Shown here piece by piece: positions 1-11,544 of a stretch of DNA of 60,000 nucleotides. The notes beneath the pieces were generated by a model. The model did not search any database. It was given only the letters and a program-made list of their open reading frames with translations, and had not been told where the DNA came from. A program made the translations under genes and the position numbers. The stretch lies in the NCBI RefSeq assembly GCF_036321535.1, contig NC_087437.1, forward strand, positions 121,026,001 to 121,086,000, given 5' to 3'. Position 1 is the first letter of the stretch, and each line of letters starts with the position of its first letter. The stretch comes from Camelus dromedarius. Taxonomy: Eukaryota.

Positions 1-108
1 TTGGTGACACACCCCTCCCCCTGTGACTTTGTTAGATGGCCGGGGTGCTGACAGGAAGTGGCTTTGAGACCCAGATCGAAGTCCCCAATGCATGTGCTTT
101 GCCTGCAG

Positions 109-230
109 CCTCTCGGAGCCACGACTACTTTGGCCACGAGAACTGGGGCCACCAGCTGAAGTTAGCGGTGGCGTGGAACCGTGTGGACATCGCCCGGAGC
201 GAGATCTTCACCGATGAGTGGCAGTGGAAG
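109..230 (+). CDS. TRPM2: TRPM2 exon 10 (human numbering); gene continues upstream of the window
   Basis: cag|CC TCT CGG ... TGG AAG|gtagga; encodes ASRSHDYFGHENWGHQLKLAVAWNRVDIARSEIFTDEWQWK (TRPM homology region). Confidence 0.96.
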
Positions 231-442
231 GTAGGAATGCTCAGGGCTGACCTGGGCAGGGGGAGACTTGCTGAGCCTCGGAAGCTGGAGGGTGGCCCTT
301 GCCTTGCTGAAGGCAACCAGCAAGTCTCATCCTCCAAAATGGGAGGCAGCGGTACCCCTGTCTCCAGGGGCACAGAGACCGGGATGCTGCGGGGCAATGG
401 CCACTCGCACAGCCCCCACGGCCCCTGACGTATCCCTCCCAG

Positions 443-775
443 CCCTCAGAGCTGCACCCCATGATGACGGCTGCCCTCATCACCAACAAGCCGGAGTTTG
501 TGAGGCTCTTCCTGGAGAACGGGGTGCAGCTGAAGGAGTTCGTCACGTGGGACACCCTGTTCTACCTGTACCAGAACCTGGAGCCCTCCTGCCTGTTCCA
601 CTACAAGCTGCAGAAGGTGCTGGCCGAGGAGCCCGCCGCGCCCCGCCTGCAGCTGCACCACGTAGCCCAGGTGCTGCGGGAACTGCTGGGGGACTTCACG
701 CAGCCGCTGTACCCCCGGCCCCGCTCCAGTGACCGGCCGCGGCTCTCGCTGCCCTTGCCCAACATCAGACTCAAC
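443..775 (+). CDS. TRPM2: TRPM2 exon 11
   Basis: ccag|CCC TCA GAG ... CTC AAC|gtgagt; PSELHPMMTAALITNKPEFVRLFLENG...NIRLN; 333 nt. Confidence 0.96.
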
Positions 776-844
776 GTGAGTGCGGGCGGCAGGGCTCCAG
801 GCGCCACCGCGTCCTCCCAGCTGTAAAAAGTTTGCTTTTTATTA

Positions 845-985
845 GGGAGGACATAGCTCAGGGGTAGAGCACGTGCCTGGCGTGTGTTACAAGGTCCTGG
901 GTTCAACCCTCGGTACCTCCATCAAAAAAAGTAAATAAATAAGCCTAATTACCAGGCCCCCTGAAAACTAGAAAGCCAACCAAAA
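845..985 (+). mobile_element. tRNA-derived SINE (camelid type)
   Basis: A-box tagctcaggggtagagc, B-box-like gggttcaaccc, A-rich tail with cctaattacc; degenerate flanking duplication aaaaagtttgctttttatt / aaaaattagcttttatt. Confidence 0.85.
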
Positions 986-1003
986 AATTAGCTTTTATTT
1001 TTA

Positions 1004-2868
1004 TGAGGGAAGTCAGCTCGGGCTGCCACGACAAGATGCCACAGACGGGCAGCTTCCACAACAGGCACCTTTGCTCTCACTGCTCTGGAGGCTGCAGGTC
1101 AAGGTCCAGGCGCCGGCAGGGTGGGCTTCTGGGGGCCTCTCCTCCTGGCCGCAGATGACCGCCGCTTCCTGGCACGTCCTCACGTGGCCTGTCCCAGCGT
1201 GCCTGGTGTCACTTCCTTTTCTCATAGGAGCACCCATCCTGTTGGATCAAGGCCCTCCCCACGTGACGACCTCATTTAACCTTAATCGCCTCCTTCAGGG
1301 CCCATCTCCAAATACAGTCACCCCCGGGCTGAAGGCTTCAATAGATGAATTTGGGGGACACAATTCAGACCATAGCCTTCTGCTCCTGACCCCCAAATTC
1401 ATGTCCTTCTCACATGCAAAGCACACTCACTCCATCCCAATAGCCCCCAAATCTTAGCTTGTTCCAGTATCCACTCCAAAGACGCCTCGTAAATCGGGCG
1501 CGGGGGAGACTCGAGGCAGGTGCGCCCCGAGGCAGAGTCCTCGCCTGCTGAGAACCTGGCAGAGACAAGCTATGTGCTTCCAGAACACACTGGATGGACA
1601 GGCCTTGGGTGGAAAGTCCCTTCCGGAAGGAGGAAGGGCTGACAGGCTCTAAGTGAGTCCAAAACCCAGCCAGGAAACTCCCCGAGACTTAAGCCTCGAG
1701 AATCCTCCTCTTTGGCTCAACATTCTGCCTTCTGGGCCCACAGTGCTGGTGGTGTCACCCCCGTGGCCCTTAGGCACCAGGTGGGGGCATCCTGGCCCAA
1801 GGAAGGGACCCCAGCCTCTGCAACTGAGGAGAAGACAGCCTTGCCCAGCCCCTGATGGCCTCTGAGTCACCTGCAGGGTCAGCCCTTCTTTGAAGGACAG
1901 TCCTGTTCTCAGCGGGTGGCTCTGCTGTCCTGTCCTGTAGAATCCCAGAAGCGACACCTTCCTGTGTCCCCTCCCGCTTTCTCCACCCCCTTGGTCCTGA
2001 CGGGCAGCGTCTCCAGTCCTGGCCTCTGCTATGGTGGCTGGTCAACCCCATGTTCGTGCCACCATCTCCTTATGAAGCAAGGGTCCAGCCACCCGCAGTG
2101 TTCTCTCCGGAGCACGCATCTCCTGCTTTGCTCAGGATTGACCAAACCTTTCAGTCTTGGTTCCTTTTGCTTAACCGTTCCTTCAGCTTCCCCCTCCTCC
2201 CACACTTTACCTTCAGCTGGAGGAGAAGCCGGCAGCTCCCTCAGCACCCTGCTTGGGAGTCTCCTCCGCTGAACAGCCAGGCCCGCCCTCCCCTGGACGG
2301 GAGACCCCGCCCAGCCGGGCCCCCGCACGCTATGACAGGATGGCCTTCCGCCCAGTTCCTGGCAGCACACTCACCGTTCCCGCCTGAGCTCTCCCAGAGC
2401 CACCTTTGAGGCCCACATTTCTACCTTCACGGCCGTGGGGCCCCCCAGCCTCGGCCCCCACCCAGGCCCAGAGCCGCTTCCTCACCGCGGGGCCTGTGTT
2501 ACAGCTGCTCCCACCTGGCGGTGCCGAGGGCTGTCTCGGGCTGCACGGCTGCCGGCACGCACACCACACGCGGGCGGCCCGAACGACGGCTTTACCTCTC
2601 GCGGTCTGGAGGCCGGAAGTCCAAGGTCAGGGCGCCGGCAGGGCGCGCCGGCAGGGCTGGTCCTAGGGAGGCTTCCCTTCCCGGCCTGCGAAGGGCCCTC
2701 CTTCCCAGCACGCGGAGCGCGCGCCCCGCGTCCCTGCCCCTGTGGGCTCCGGGCCCCGTGACCTCGTCTACCCTTAGTCACGTACTTAAAGGCCCCTCTC
2801 CAAGTACAGTCATGCCGGGGGTGGGGCTTCAACATATGAGATTTGCGGGACATGCTTCAGTCCACAGC
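1004..2868 (-). mobile_element. MaLR (MLT1-type) element with LTR-internal-LTR structure
   Basis: Two related ~350 bp LTRs (1004-1376 and 2532-2868) share ggaggc..aggtc..ggcagg, ggccc.tctccaa.tacagtca and ggcttcaa.a.atga; internal segment begins cccccaaattcatgtccttctcacatgcaaa. Confidence 0.8.
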
Positions 2869-2913
2869 TCCCCTGAAAACTTCCGCTGCTAAAGCGGTGC
2901 TGCGGGGAAAATG

Positions 2914-3014
2914 GGCTTCCCTGCTCCTGCACCCCGAGTCCCGCCCCCGAGTGTGACTGGCTTCCCTGCTCCTGCACCCCGAGTCCCGCCCCCGAGTGTG
3001 ACTGGCTTCCCTGC
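2914..3014. repeat. Perfect 45-bp tandem repeat, about 2.2 copies
   Basis: ggcttccctgctcctgcaccccgagtcccgcccccgagtgtgact twice, then ggcttccctgc. Confidence 0.95.
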
Positions 3015-3319
3015 GGTCTGGTCAGCATGGCCCTCCCGGGGCTGTGTGAGGGGCACGCGTATTGGGACCACAGGAGGAGGGGGGTTTTCTCACCTGCACC
3101 CTTACTTGACGGGAGTCCTGCAGCGTCCCCGTGTTGGGTGCGGTGTTTGCACGCGTGTTTATGTGAGGGCACCTCACCTCCTGGGTCACTCGGGTTTTAC
3201 AAACGCAGCCTCAGTACCGACGCCTTTTGAGATGAGGAACTGCTCTCCTTCTTTGATCTATGAGTTTGGCGAATTATTTTAATAGATTTCCTGATAGTAA
3301 TATGGTTTTCTAAAACATT

Positions 3320-3407
3320 ATTTATAATGGAGGTCCTGGGGATTGAACCCAGGACCGCATGCATGTTAAGCATGCGCTCTACCACTGGCCTACACCCACC
3401 CCCCACA
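3320..3407 (-). mobile_element. tRNA-derived SINE (camelid type)
   Basis: atggaggtcctggggattgaacccaggacc..catgcatgttaagcatgcgctctaccact; flanked by atagtaatatggtttt / atagtaatgtgctttt. Confidence 0.85.
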
Positions 3408-3421
3408 ATAGTAATGTGCTT

Positions 3422-3940
3422 TTTGTTTTAATTGAAGTATAGTCAGTTTACCATGTTGTGTCAGTTTCTGGTGGTCAGCGTAATAGTCCAGTCATACACA
3501 TATGTATACATATATTCTTATTCCTGTTTTGAACCTCAGCTTGATTGCTGTGTAATAGAAATTTAAGATGATGCTGGATTCCTAGTGTTTTCAGGGTTTT
3601 GCATCAGGATGTTTAAGCCTTTGCTGGCAGTTCTGTTTGGGGGCTGAATTTGTCAGGCCCTGGCACTAGCTTTGTAAAGACACTGGGAAGCCTTTCTGCC
3701 TTCTCTGCTCTGGAGCGGTTTATGTGGCTGGGCTTCACTGCTGCTTCCACGCTCGGCAGCCTCCCCGCGAGCCCGTCGGGACCCAGTGCCTTTTTGGGTA
3801 GTAACCCTGATAACGTTCTCATTTTCTTTCCTGATGAGCCTGGTGTTTAGGTTTTCTGTCTGTTCTAAGATCATAATTGATTTTGGTTTTTTTTTCCTGC
3901 TAGAAAATTATCCACTTCCTGCAGGTTTTCAAATCTGTTG
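3422..3940 (-). mobile_element. L1 3' end followed by an older L1 ORF2 remnant
   Basis: aattgaagtatagtcagtttaccatgttgtgtcagtttctgg is an L1 3' terminus; decayed antisense ORF2-like sequence follows. Confidence 0.6.
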
Positions 3941-4793
3941 TCCCCAGTGAGCTATGCCTGACCCCTGAGGAAGACGTGGTTGTGGCTTGCTTTCAAGTGT
4001 TCACAGTCCTGCTTTTCTTGACCCTGGTGTGTTTAAGATGCCCGGTTGGAAAGCGTGCTAAGGTCTCGAGTGGCAGCTCACACGACTGTGTCTGTAACTT
4101 AAGACAATGAAGCAGTGTTTCTTTCTTTCTTTTTTTTTTTTTTTTTTAATAAAAATGAGCTTTCAGGAAATTTCAAAAAGCACTTAAAGGAAGTGCAGTT
4201 TTGTGTGTGATGTGGGAAATGTGTTCTCTGCGTCTGGGAATTGTTCCCAGGCCGTCTGAGAACGTGCTTATTTGCTGATGGGCCAGGAAGCCTGGGTTCT
4301 TGTGTCGCTGTGGGTTGAGTGTCTCTGGGGCCAGGGCCCTGCCGCTCATGTGTGGCCTCGTTGTCTGTCCAGCACTCGCTCTCACCGGCCTTCTCTGCAG
4401 GAGATACTATGTGGGCTTCCTTGAGGAACTCACAGCCATGAATCCAGGAACAGACACTGGGTTACATTTTACTTTACAGAGAACGGTTCTGATGCCATTA
4501 GGTAAGACTAAGGAACGTTAGGTGCCTGGTGAGGAACAAGGGTCTGCAATGTTGGTGAAAGGGTTAGCTGGGTATTACACTTTCTGGGTGTTTCTACGTG
4601 TCTGCAGAGTGGCGGTTTAAAACCCCAGTGTGCAGGAGAAGGATCTAGGGGTTATTGAGAGAGGTGTTGTTGAAGGGCTGGTTCTCCAAGGACCGTGGGG
4701 GCTGAGCTCGGGACCTGCGCCCCCAGCAGGCCACCTGGGATTCTGATGCTTGTGGGGTATTAGTGGGGGCTCTGACTGTCTGCTGCTCACCAG

Positions 4794-4931
4794 GTGCAGG
4801 GAGTGAGTCTCCGGTCCCTGTACAAGCGTTCACCAGGCCATGCCGCCTTCACCATGGACCCGGTCCGTGATCTTCTCATTTGGGCCATCATCCAGAACCG
4901 TCGGGAGCTGGCAGAAATCATCTGGGCTCAG
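4794..4931 (+). CDS. TRPM2: TRPM2 exon 12
   Basis: cag|GTG CAG ... GCT CAG|gtaacc; VQGVSLRSLYKR...RELAEIIWAQ. Confidence 0.96.
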
Positions 4932-6280
4932 GTAACCAGACCTGCTTCCCGGCACACATGGCTCTGTGTGGACCAGTGACAGGGCTCCGGCCGGGGAGCC
5001 GGGCCAGAGAACCCGATGCCAACAGTGGCCATGGAGGGAGGGCAGTGGGTGTCCACAGCACCAGAAGGGACTCAGCCTGTCCGGGTCTAAGAGCAGAGAG
5101 CTTGGCCCTAGGCGAGAAGAGGGTTTTTGGAAAGGAATGCCACACAATCTCCTCCTGCGGTTTGTGCCGGGCACAGGCTCGCGGGGCACCCACACCGGGC
5201 AGGCCAGGCCACCTCTGTGCCCCACGCTTTCTGGTGGTGAGCGCGCGTGCTGTGGCCGCCCTGGTCAGGAGCCTCTGCAGGCAAACTCCATTGGCAAAGG
5301 GGCCGCCTTCTCTTTCCACTGACGGCTGGGGGTCTCAGACACAATCCATTCCTAATGTGGGCAGTTCCCGGGTGCTGCTGCCCTGAGCCCGCTGGCAGGC
5401 CATCAGGGAGCCCCCGCCAGCTGGCCGAGCGGCCCCTCACACCCTGGGCCCATGTGTGGCTTCATCGCCCAGGAGGAGGGACTCGCCAGACGGCTCCTTG
5501 AGAACCAGCAGCGCAGGCCCGAGTCCTCCCGTGTGGTTTTCCTTTAGTTCAGGCAGATTCTCCTCTGGACGAGGAAGTAATGTTTCACAGTTTTCTCTCA
5601 GAGGCCCCACTTGCCAGCACTGGCGTTTCCAGACCGCTCGGAGGAGCCGGCCCCGCAGTGCCCCAGCAGAGGCTCTGGTTCTGGGAGGATCGCTGTCTCC
5701 CAAGTGCCTGGGGTGGGCGGCAGATCCAGGCCTGACTGTGGCCTCGGGTGTGCCCTGTGGGGCTCAGGCGATGGAAAGGCCAAACTCGGATTTCCAGGCT
5801 CTGACACCAGCCCCTCGCCCTGGGCCAGTGCTGTCTCAGACCTGGTGCCTCCAGGAGATTTTCTTAGCCCCTCTCTGGTGCCTGGGGCTGGCGGTGCCAC
5901 CAGGGCTGGACAGGGACTTGCAAGGGCCTGACGCCTTCAGGGTACGCCATGCACGAGGTTGACTAGGTGCCCGGGGAGCTCTGAGCCTGGTGCTGGCAGG
6001 GCTGTCAGTGCCTGCATCCGGTCTGTGTTCCAGGTGGGCAAGTGGGCCTCCTGGCAAGCTGACCACTCCCACTGGCCGGTGTAGGCAACTGAGTCACTGG
6101 AAAGGGCTTACATGTTGGCCTAGGGTAAGCCAATGGCTGCCTTAGGCAAGACCTACCTCAGGGCATGGCCCCGCAGCCTGTGCCATCTCGGAGTCTCTGT
6201 TCTCATCACCCCGGGCAGGGGGCCTGGGGTTCCCCGGGCCAGACCATCCAGGTCTCACGGTGGCTCTCCCCGGGGCCCAG

Positions 6281-6410
6281 AGCCAGGACTGCATCACGGC
6301 AGCCTTGGCCTGCAGCAAGATCCTGAAGGAACTGTCCAAGGAGGAGGAGGACACGGACAGCCTGGAGGAGATGCTGGCGCTCGCTGACGAGTACGAGCAG
6401 AGAGCCATCG
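6281..6410 (+). CDS. TRPM2: TRPM2 exon 13
   Basis: cag|AGC CAG GAC ... ATC G|gttagt; SQDCITAALACSKILKELSKEEEDTDSLEEMLALADEYEQRAI. Confidence 0.96.
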
Positions 6411-6584
6411 GTTAGTGCCTCGGGGCCCCGGCCTCAGGCCACACTCAGCTCCGCCGGGGTCGCCTGGGGGTCCTTGCCCCAGGCCTCAGCCCTGCTTCCT
6501 GTCCAGGCTGTGCTGGCTGGAGGGGCTGCGCTCCAACCCTTTCCCCAGCTGTCACTGATTGGGACCGGATGCCTTCCCATCCAG

Positions 6585-6730
6585 GGGTCTTCACCGAGTG
6601 CTACCGGAAGGATGAGGAGAGAGCCCAGAAGCTGCTGGTCCGCGTGTCGGAGGCCTGGGGGAAGGCCACCTGCCTGCAGCTGGCGCTGGAGGCCAAGGAC
6701 ATGAAGTTCGTGTCTCATGGGGGCGTCCAG
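6585..6730 (+). CDS. TRPM2: TRPM2 exon 14
   Basis: cag|GG GTC TTC ... GTC CAG|gtgact; GVFTECYRKDEERAQKLL...FVSHGGVQ. Confidence 0.96.
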
Positions 6731-7314
6731 GTGACTTCCTGGGGGCCTGCTTCCAGAATCACCTGCCACGGTGCTGCGGGGTGGGGGGCGTGGGCACCTG
6801 TGGGCACGTGCTTTGGGTGCAGGCCCCCAGGTGTCCCCAAGGCCCAGCCTCAAGTCCCACCGCCTGCCCCCCTTACACCGCCTGGGGCCTCTGGAGGGAT
6901 CCGTGGGAGGGGCGCCGAGTCCAGGCTGCTCTGGTCCCGGGATGCTGGCACATCCTTGGAGCGTGGCCTCCTGCTGCCACCATGTCCACAGAGCCCCGTC
7001 GTGGGCGAGCTGTGCTGGATCCCGGGGATGTGGTGGCAGGGAGCCCTGTCCTCCCCCAACCCGGCAGAGCTCAGAGGGGCAGCTGGTGTCAGTGGGAGGC
7101 GGAAGCCGGGGTCTGATCCCTGCGCCTTCCCCCCGGGAGAGCCCACCTGGCAGATGACAGGGCTCGTGTGGGGCTGCCCTCCGCGCCCTGTGCCAGGGCT
7201 CGGAGCGCGAGCTGGAGTGTGCAGTCACTCTTCCTGGGGGGCGGGGTTGCTCAGGGAGCGCGGGGTCAGGGTGGGGGTGCCCACCGTCCTGAAGCCGGCG
7301 TCCTCTGTCTGCAG

Positions 7315-7427
7315 GCCTTGCTGACCAAGGTGTGGTGGGGCCAGCTCTGCGAGGACAACGGGCTCTGGCGGGTGGTCCTGTGCATGCTGGCCTTCCCACT
7401 GCTCTGCACCGGCCTCGTCTCCTTCAG
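7315..7427 (+). CDS. TRPM2: TRPM2 exon 15 (pre-S1)
   Basis: cag|GCC TTG ... TTC AG|gtgtcc; ALLTKVWWGQLCEDNGLWRVVLCMLAFPLLCTGLVSF. Confidence 0.95.
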
Positions 7428-7699
7428 GTGTCCGCCTGGCTGCCAGGCCGCGGCCTTGGGGGGCCAGGGGCTGGGACCTGCCTTCCCAAGTGCCCTTGCT
7501 GGGGGCGAGTCTTGTGTGTCCTCACTGCTGCCACCCATCCCAGAATGGAGTGGGTTCATGCTGGGAGGGAGGGGCCACCTGTGCTGACACCTGCTGTCCC
7601 CAGGTGCTGGGGGGGGTGCATCGCCCACCCTGCCTCCCCATCCCCCGGGGCCTGAGTATTTTGTTACGTGCCTGAAAGAACCAAAGGGCCCTTTAGAAT

Positions 7700-7828
7700 T
7701 ATTTTTTTTTTAGTTTTGGGGGGAGAGGTCAATAGGTTTATTTATTTATTTTTAACGGAGGTTTTGGAGACGGGACCCAGGGCCGCATGCGTGCTAAGCC
7801 GCTGCCGCTGAGCTAGGCCCTCCCCCTC
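7700..7828 (-). mobile_element. tRNA-derived SINE (camelid type)
   Basis: T-rich tail, ggtttatttatttat, acggagg...acccagggccgcatgcgtgctaagc...ctgagcta..ccctcccc. Confidence 0.75.
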
Positions 7829-8118
7829 CTTTGCCCGTTTTTTTTTTTTTTCATTCTATTATTTTTTGTTTGTTTAAATCCATTTGGACATTAATTCTTT
7901 TTTTTTAATTGAAGAGTAGCCAGCAGAGAGCCCTTTGGGGCACCCTTCACTGGCCATCTGGTCCCGCCCTCTGCTGCTCTGGGTGTGCGGGCTCGGCCGC
8001 CGCACACCCGTCCTGGCCCTCCCTTCTCTGTGGCGTGATGTGCCCCCTGAGCCTGGGTGGCTGAGTCTGGCTTCTGTCGGGCCCCTCACGCCCCGCGGTC
8101 CCCCGTGTCTGCCCCCAG

Positions 8119-8332
8119 GGAGAGGCGGCTGCAGGACGTGCGGGGCCTGCCCCGCATCCGCGCCTTCTTCAACGCGCCCGTGGTCGTCTTCCACCTGAAC
8201 ATCCTCTCCTACTTCGCCTTCCTCTGCCTCTTCGCCTACGTGCTCATGGTGGACTTCCAGCCCGCGCCCTCAGGCTGCGAGTGCCTCATCTACGTCTGGC
8301 TCTTCTCCCTGGTGTGCGAGGAGCTGCGCCAG
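8119..8332 (+). CDS. TRPM2: TRPM2 exon 16 (S1-S2)
   Basis: cag|G GAG AGG ... CGC CAG|gtgtgg; RERRLQDV...FFNAPVVVFHLNILSYFAFLCLFAYVLMVDF...VCEELRQ. Confidence 0.96.
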
Positions 8333-9792
8333 GTGTGGTCCTCTGGGCCCCACCCCCACCCAGGGAGCGCCCTGCCCTTGGCCAAGTGCCGTCCCCAGCG
8401 ATGCTCACACGGCTGCTGAGAGCCAGGCGAGGACCCTCGGGGAGGGTGGCCTGTGGTCTGCCGGCCGCACCCCACCCTAGCTCCTCAATCCACCTGAACC
8501 CCCAGGCATCACTTTTCCTTGAAACCAGCTCTGATGACCCCGAGGGGAAGGCCCTCCGGGCCTGGACTTAGGGGTGTGAGGCCCCTCGGACCACTGTGAA
8601 GGGCAGTGCAGAGTGTGGCGACCCTAGGGTAGTCCCCGGGGCGTGATAATTCTCCAGAAGGACCCGCCCATGCCCTGAGCTGGCAGCTCGTGGTTACCGA
8701 TTACCACGTCATTGTCACCTCCCCTGCCTGCCCGGGCAGGGTCACGTACGTGTGGCCCACCTGTCTCCGGCCCCCATGACGTCAAGCTGACCCTGTGCGG
8801 CCAAGGCCTCCCTGCCCCAAACCCCACTGTTAGATGTCCTGGTGAGCAAAGGGCCCCATCCAGGGCTTGGAGGCTTCTTCTGGGGCCTGGGGCAGAGGAC
8901 CAGCCTGCTCCCTGGGCAAGGCTGACCCTCACGTCACAAGGGTGTCCCCACTTTGTCCCCAGGGTGCCAGCACCTGGTGGCAGCTGATGAACATGACTCT
9001 CGGGACTGGGGTGTGGAGGGGCCAGCCCACTAGGGACGCCCACCTTAGACTCACCCCTGCTCTCTGCAGTAGGCAACCAAGGGCCCCGGACATACAGCCG
9101 GCTGTGCTCAGGCTCAGAAACACCGCCGCCTACTGGGGACCCTGTGGCTGTCAGAGCCCCCAGCAAGGAGGCGCGGGGCTGGGGCGGGCCAGGCCTGGAG
9201 CCCTGCTAGCTCTGCCGGCCCCTCCTCGTGCCACACGGCCCACTGCAGCCAGACCCTCTCAGGAGGGGTCCGGAGCCCCTGTTCCCTGAGCCCTGGCCTC
9301 ACTGGTGCCAGCCCCAAACAGAGGGCCAGCCTTTCTCCCTGAGTCTGTCCCGTGGTCCCAGGGAGGGGATCCGATTATTCCAAGGGGGCTGCCTGCCCCC
9401 CCTTCCCAGCTGCCAACGTTAGGGGCCAGGACCCAAGGAAGACGTGGGGACTCTTGCCGTGCAGGCCAAGCAGGGCTGAGGTCCCCTTCGTGGTCTCACT
9501 GTCCTCTTGGGGCTGCTGCAGGAGGCAGGGAGCACAGACCCTGGGGGTGGTGGCTGGCCCCTGACAGCGGGAGAGGCTCCCCTCGCACGTCCCGGAGCGC
9601 TGCGGTCTGAGAGGGCTGGACGAGCCTGGCCGCATACCCTGCCCGCGGCACCTCTCCCGCTCTTTCTGACCTGGGGGTGGGACGCGGAAATCGGCCCCCT
9701 CCCCAGCTCACCAGGCTCTCCAGGAGGCAAGGAGTGGTTTGCTGGGGTGGGGGTCAGAGGGTGACACGCAGGCTCCGACGCATCTTCCCCAG

Positions 9793-10610
<818 letters not shown>

Positions 10611-10997
10611 TAGGCTCCCGGGCCCTGCTTTGCCCCTTGGGATTCCACCCCCTGGCACACCTGTCTTGGGTCTTTGCCTGGATGTTGCCCCTTCCAGGCA
10701 GCCTTCCCTGATCTCCACAGCTCATTCCTGATTCCTGTTACAGCTTCCTATCACTCCCTCCTTGGGTCATGGTCACGTTCAACCCCTCCTACACTCAGGC
10801 AGGGTGCCCAGCACCCTGCTGGGGTGTGGGGGCAGCCCAGGGCTGTCTCCCCGCAGCTCCCGGCTCCATGCGTCCATGCCGTGGTGGCTGTGGACGGAGT
10901 CTCCCCCTGCTGCTGGGCGCACAGCCCACCTGCGGGCAGGGAGAGAGTCTGAGGTGCACGTGGCTGCAGCCAGGTGCCGCCTGCCCTGTCTCCACAG

Positions 10998-11169
10998 ATG
11001 AAGGATGTCTTCTTTTTCCTGTTCCTGTTGGCTGTGTGGGTCGTGTCCTTTGGGGTGGCCAAGCAGGCCATCCTCATCCACAACGAGAGCCGGGTGGAGT
11101 GGATCTTCCGGGGTGTTGTGTACCACTCCTACCTCACCATCTTCGGGCAGATCCCTGCCTATATCGACG
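10998..11169 (+). CDS. TRPM2: TRPM2 exon 19 (S5, pore helix, FGQI filter)
   Basis: cag|ATG AAG GAT ... GAC G|gtgaga; MKDVFFFLFLLAVWVVSFGVAKQAILIHNESRVEWIFRGVVYHSYLTIFGQIPAYID. Confidence 0.97.
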
Positions 11170-11544
11170 GTGAGACGGGGCCCCTGACAGCCATGGGAGG
11201 GGGCGCCCCACTCCAGGGGCCCCTGCAAGCTCTCAGGTGGCGGGCGGGAGGGCTGGGCGTCTCCCGCTGGCTCCGTGCTGCCCGGGGACTGTGCACGCCT
11301 CCTGCGGTGCCCGTGGCGGAGACAGGTGCGTGTGTGTCCAACCGAGGGAGGGCGTCAGCTGGGGGAGCCTGGGCTGCACCAGCTGTGGCGAGACCAAGGT
11401 CCAAGAGTGTGCCTGGGGCCCTGGGGCATCAGGTGACCCCCCAGCACCGTTAAATTCCACCCTATTCCTTCTCTTCTTCCCACTGAAGTCAGAAGTGACC
11501 CGTCCTCTGGACGGAGAGGACACATTTCGCACACTGATTTGTTC

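Noticed and set aside
845..925. tRNA-like sequences with A and B boxes here and in six other copies
   Set aside because: They are SINE heads with A-rich tails and target-site duplications and lack a proper cloverleaf
6434..7399. 321-aa minus-strand ORF and other long ORFs spanning TRPM2 introns
   Set aside because: No recognisable protein features; only the exon-sized segments bounded by AG/GT match TRPM2
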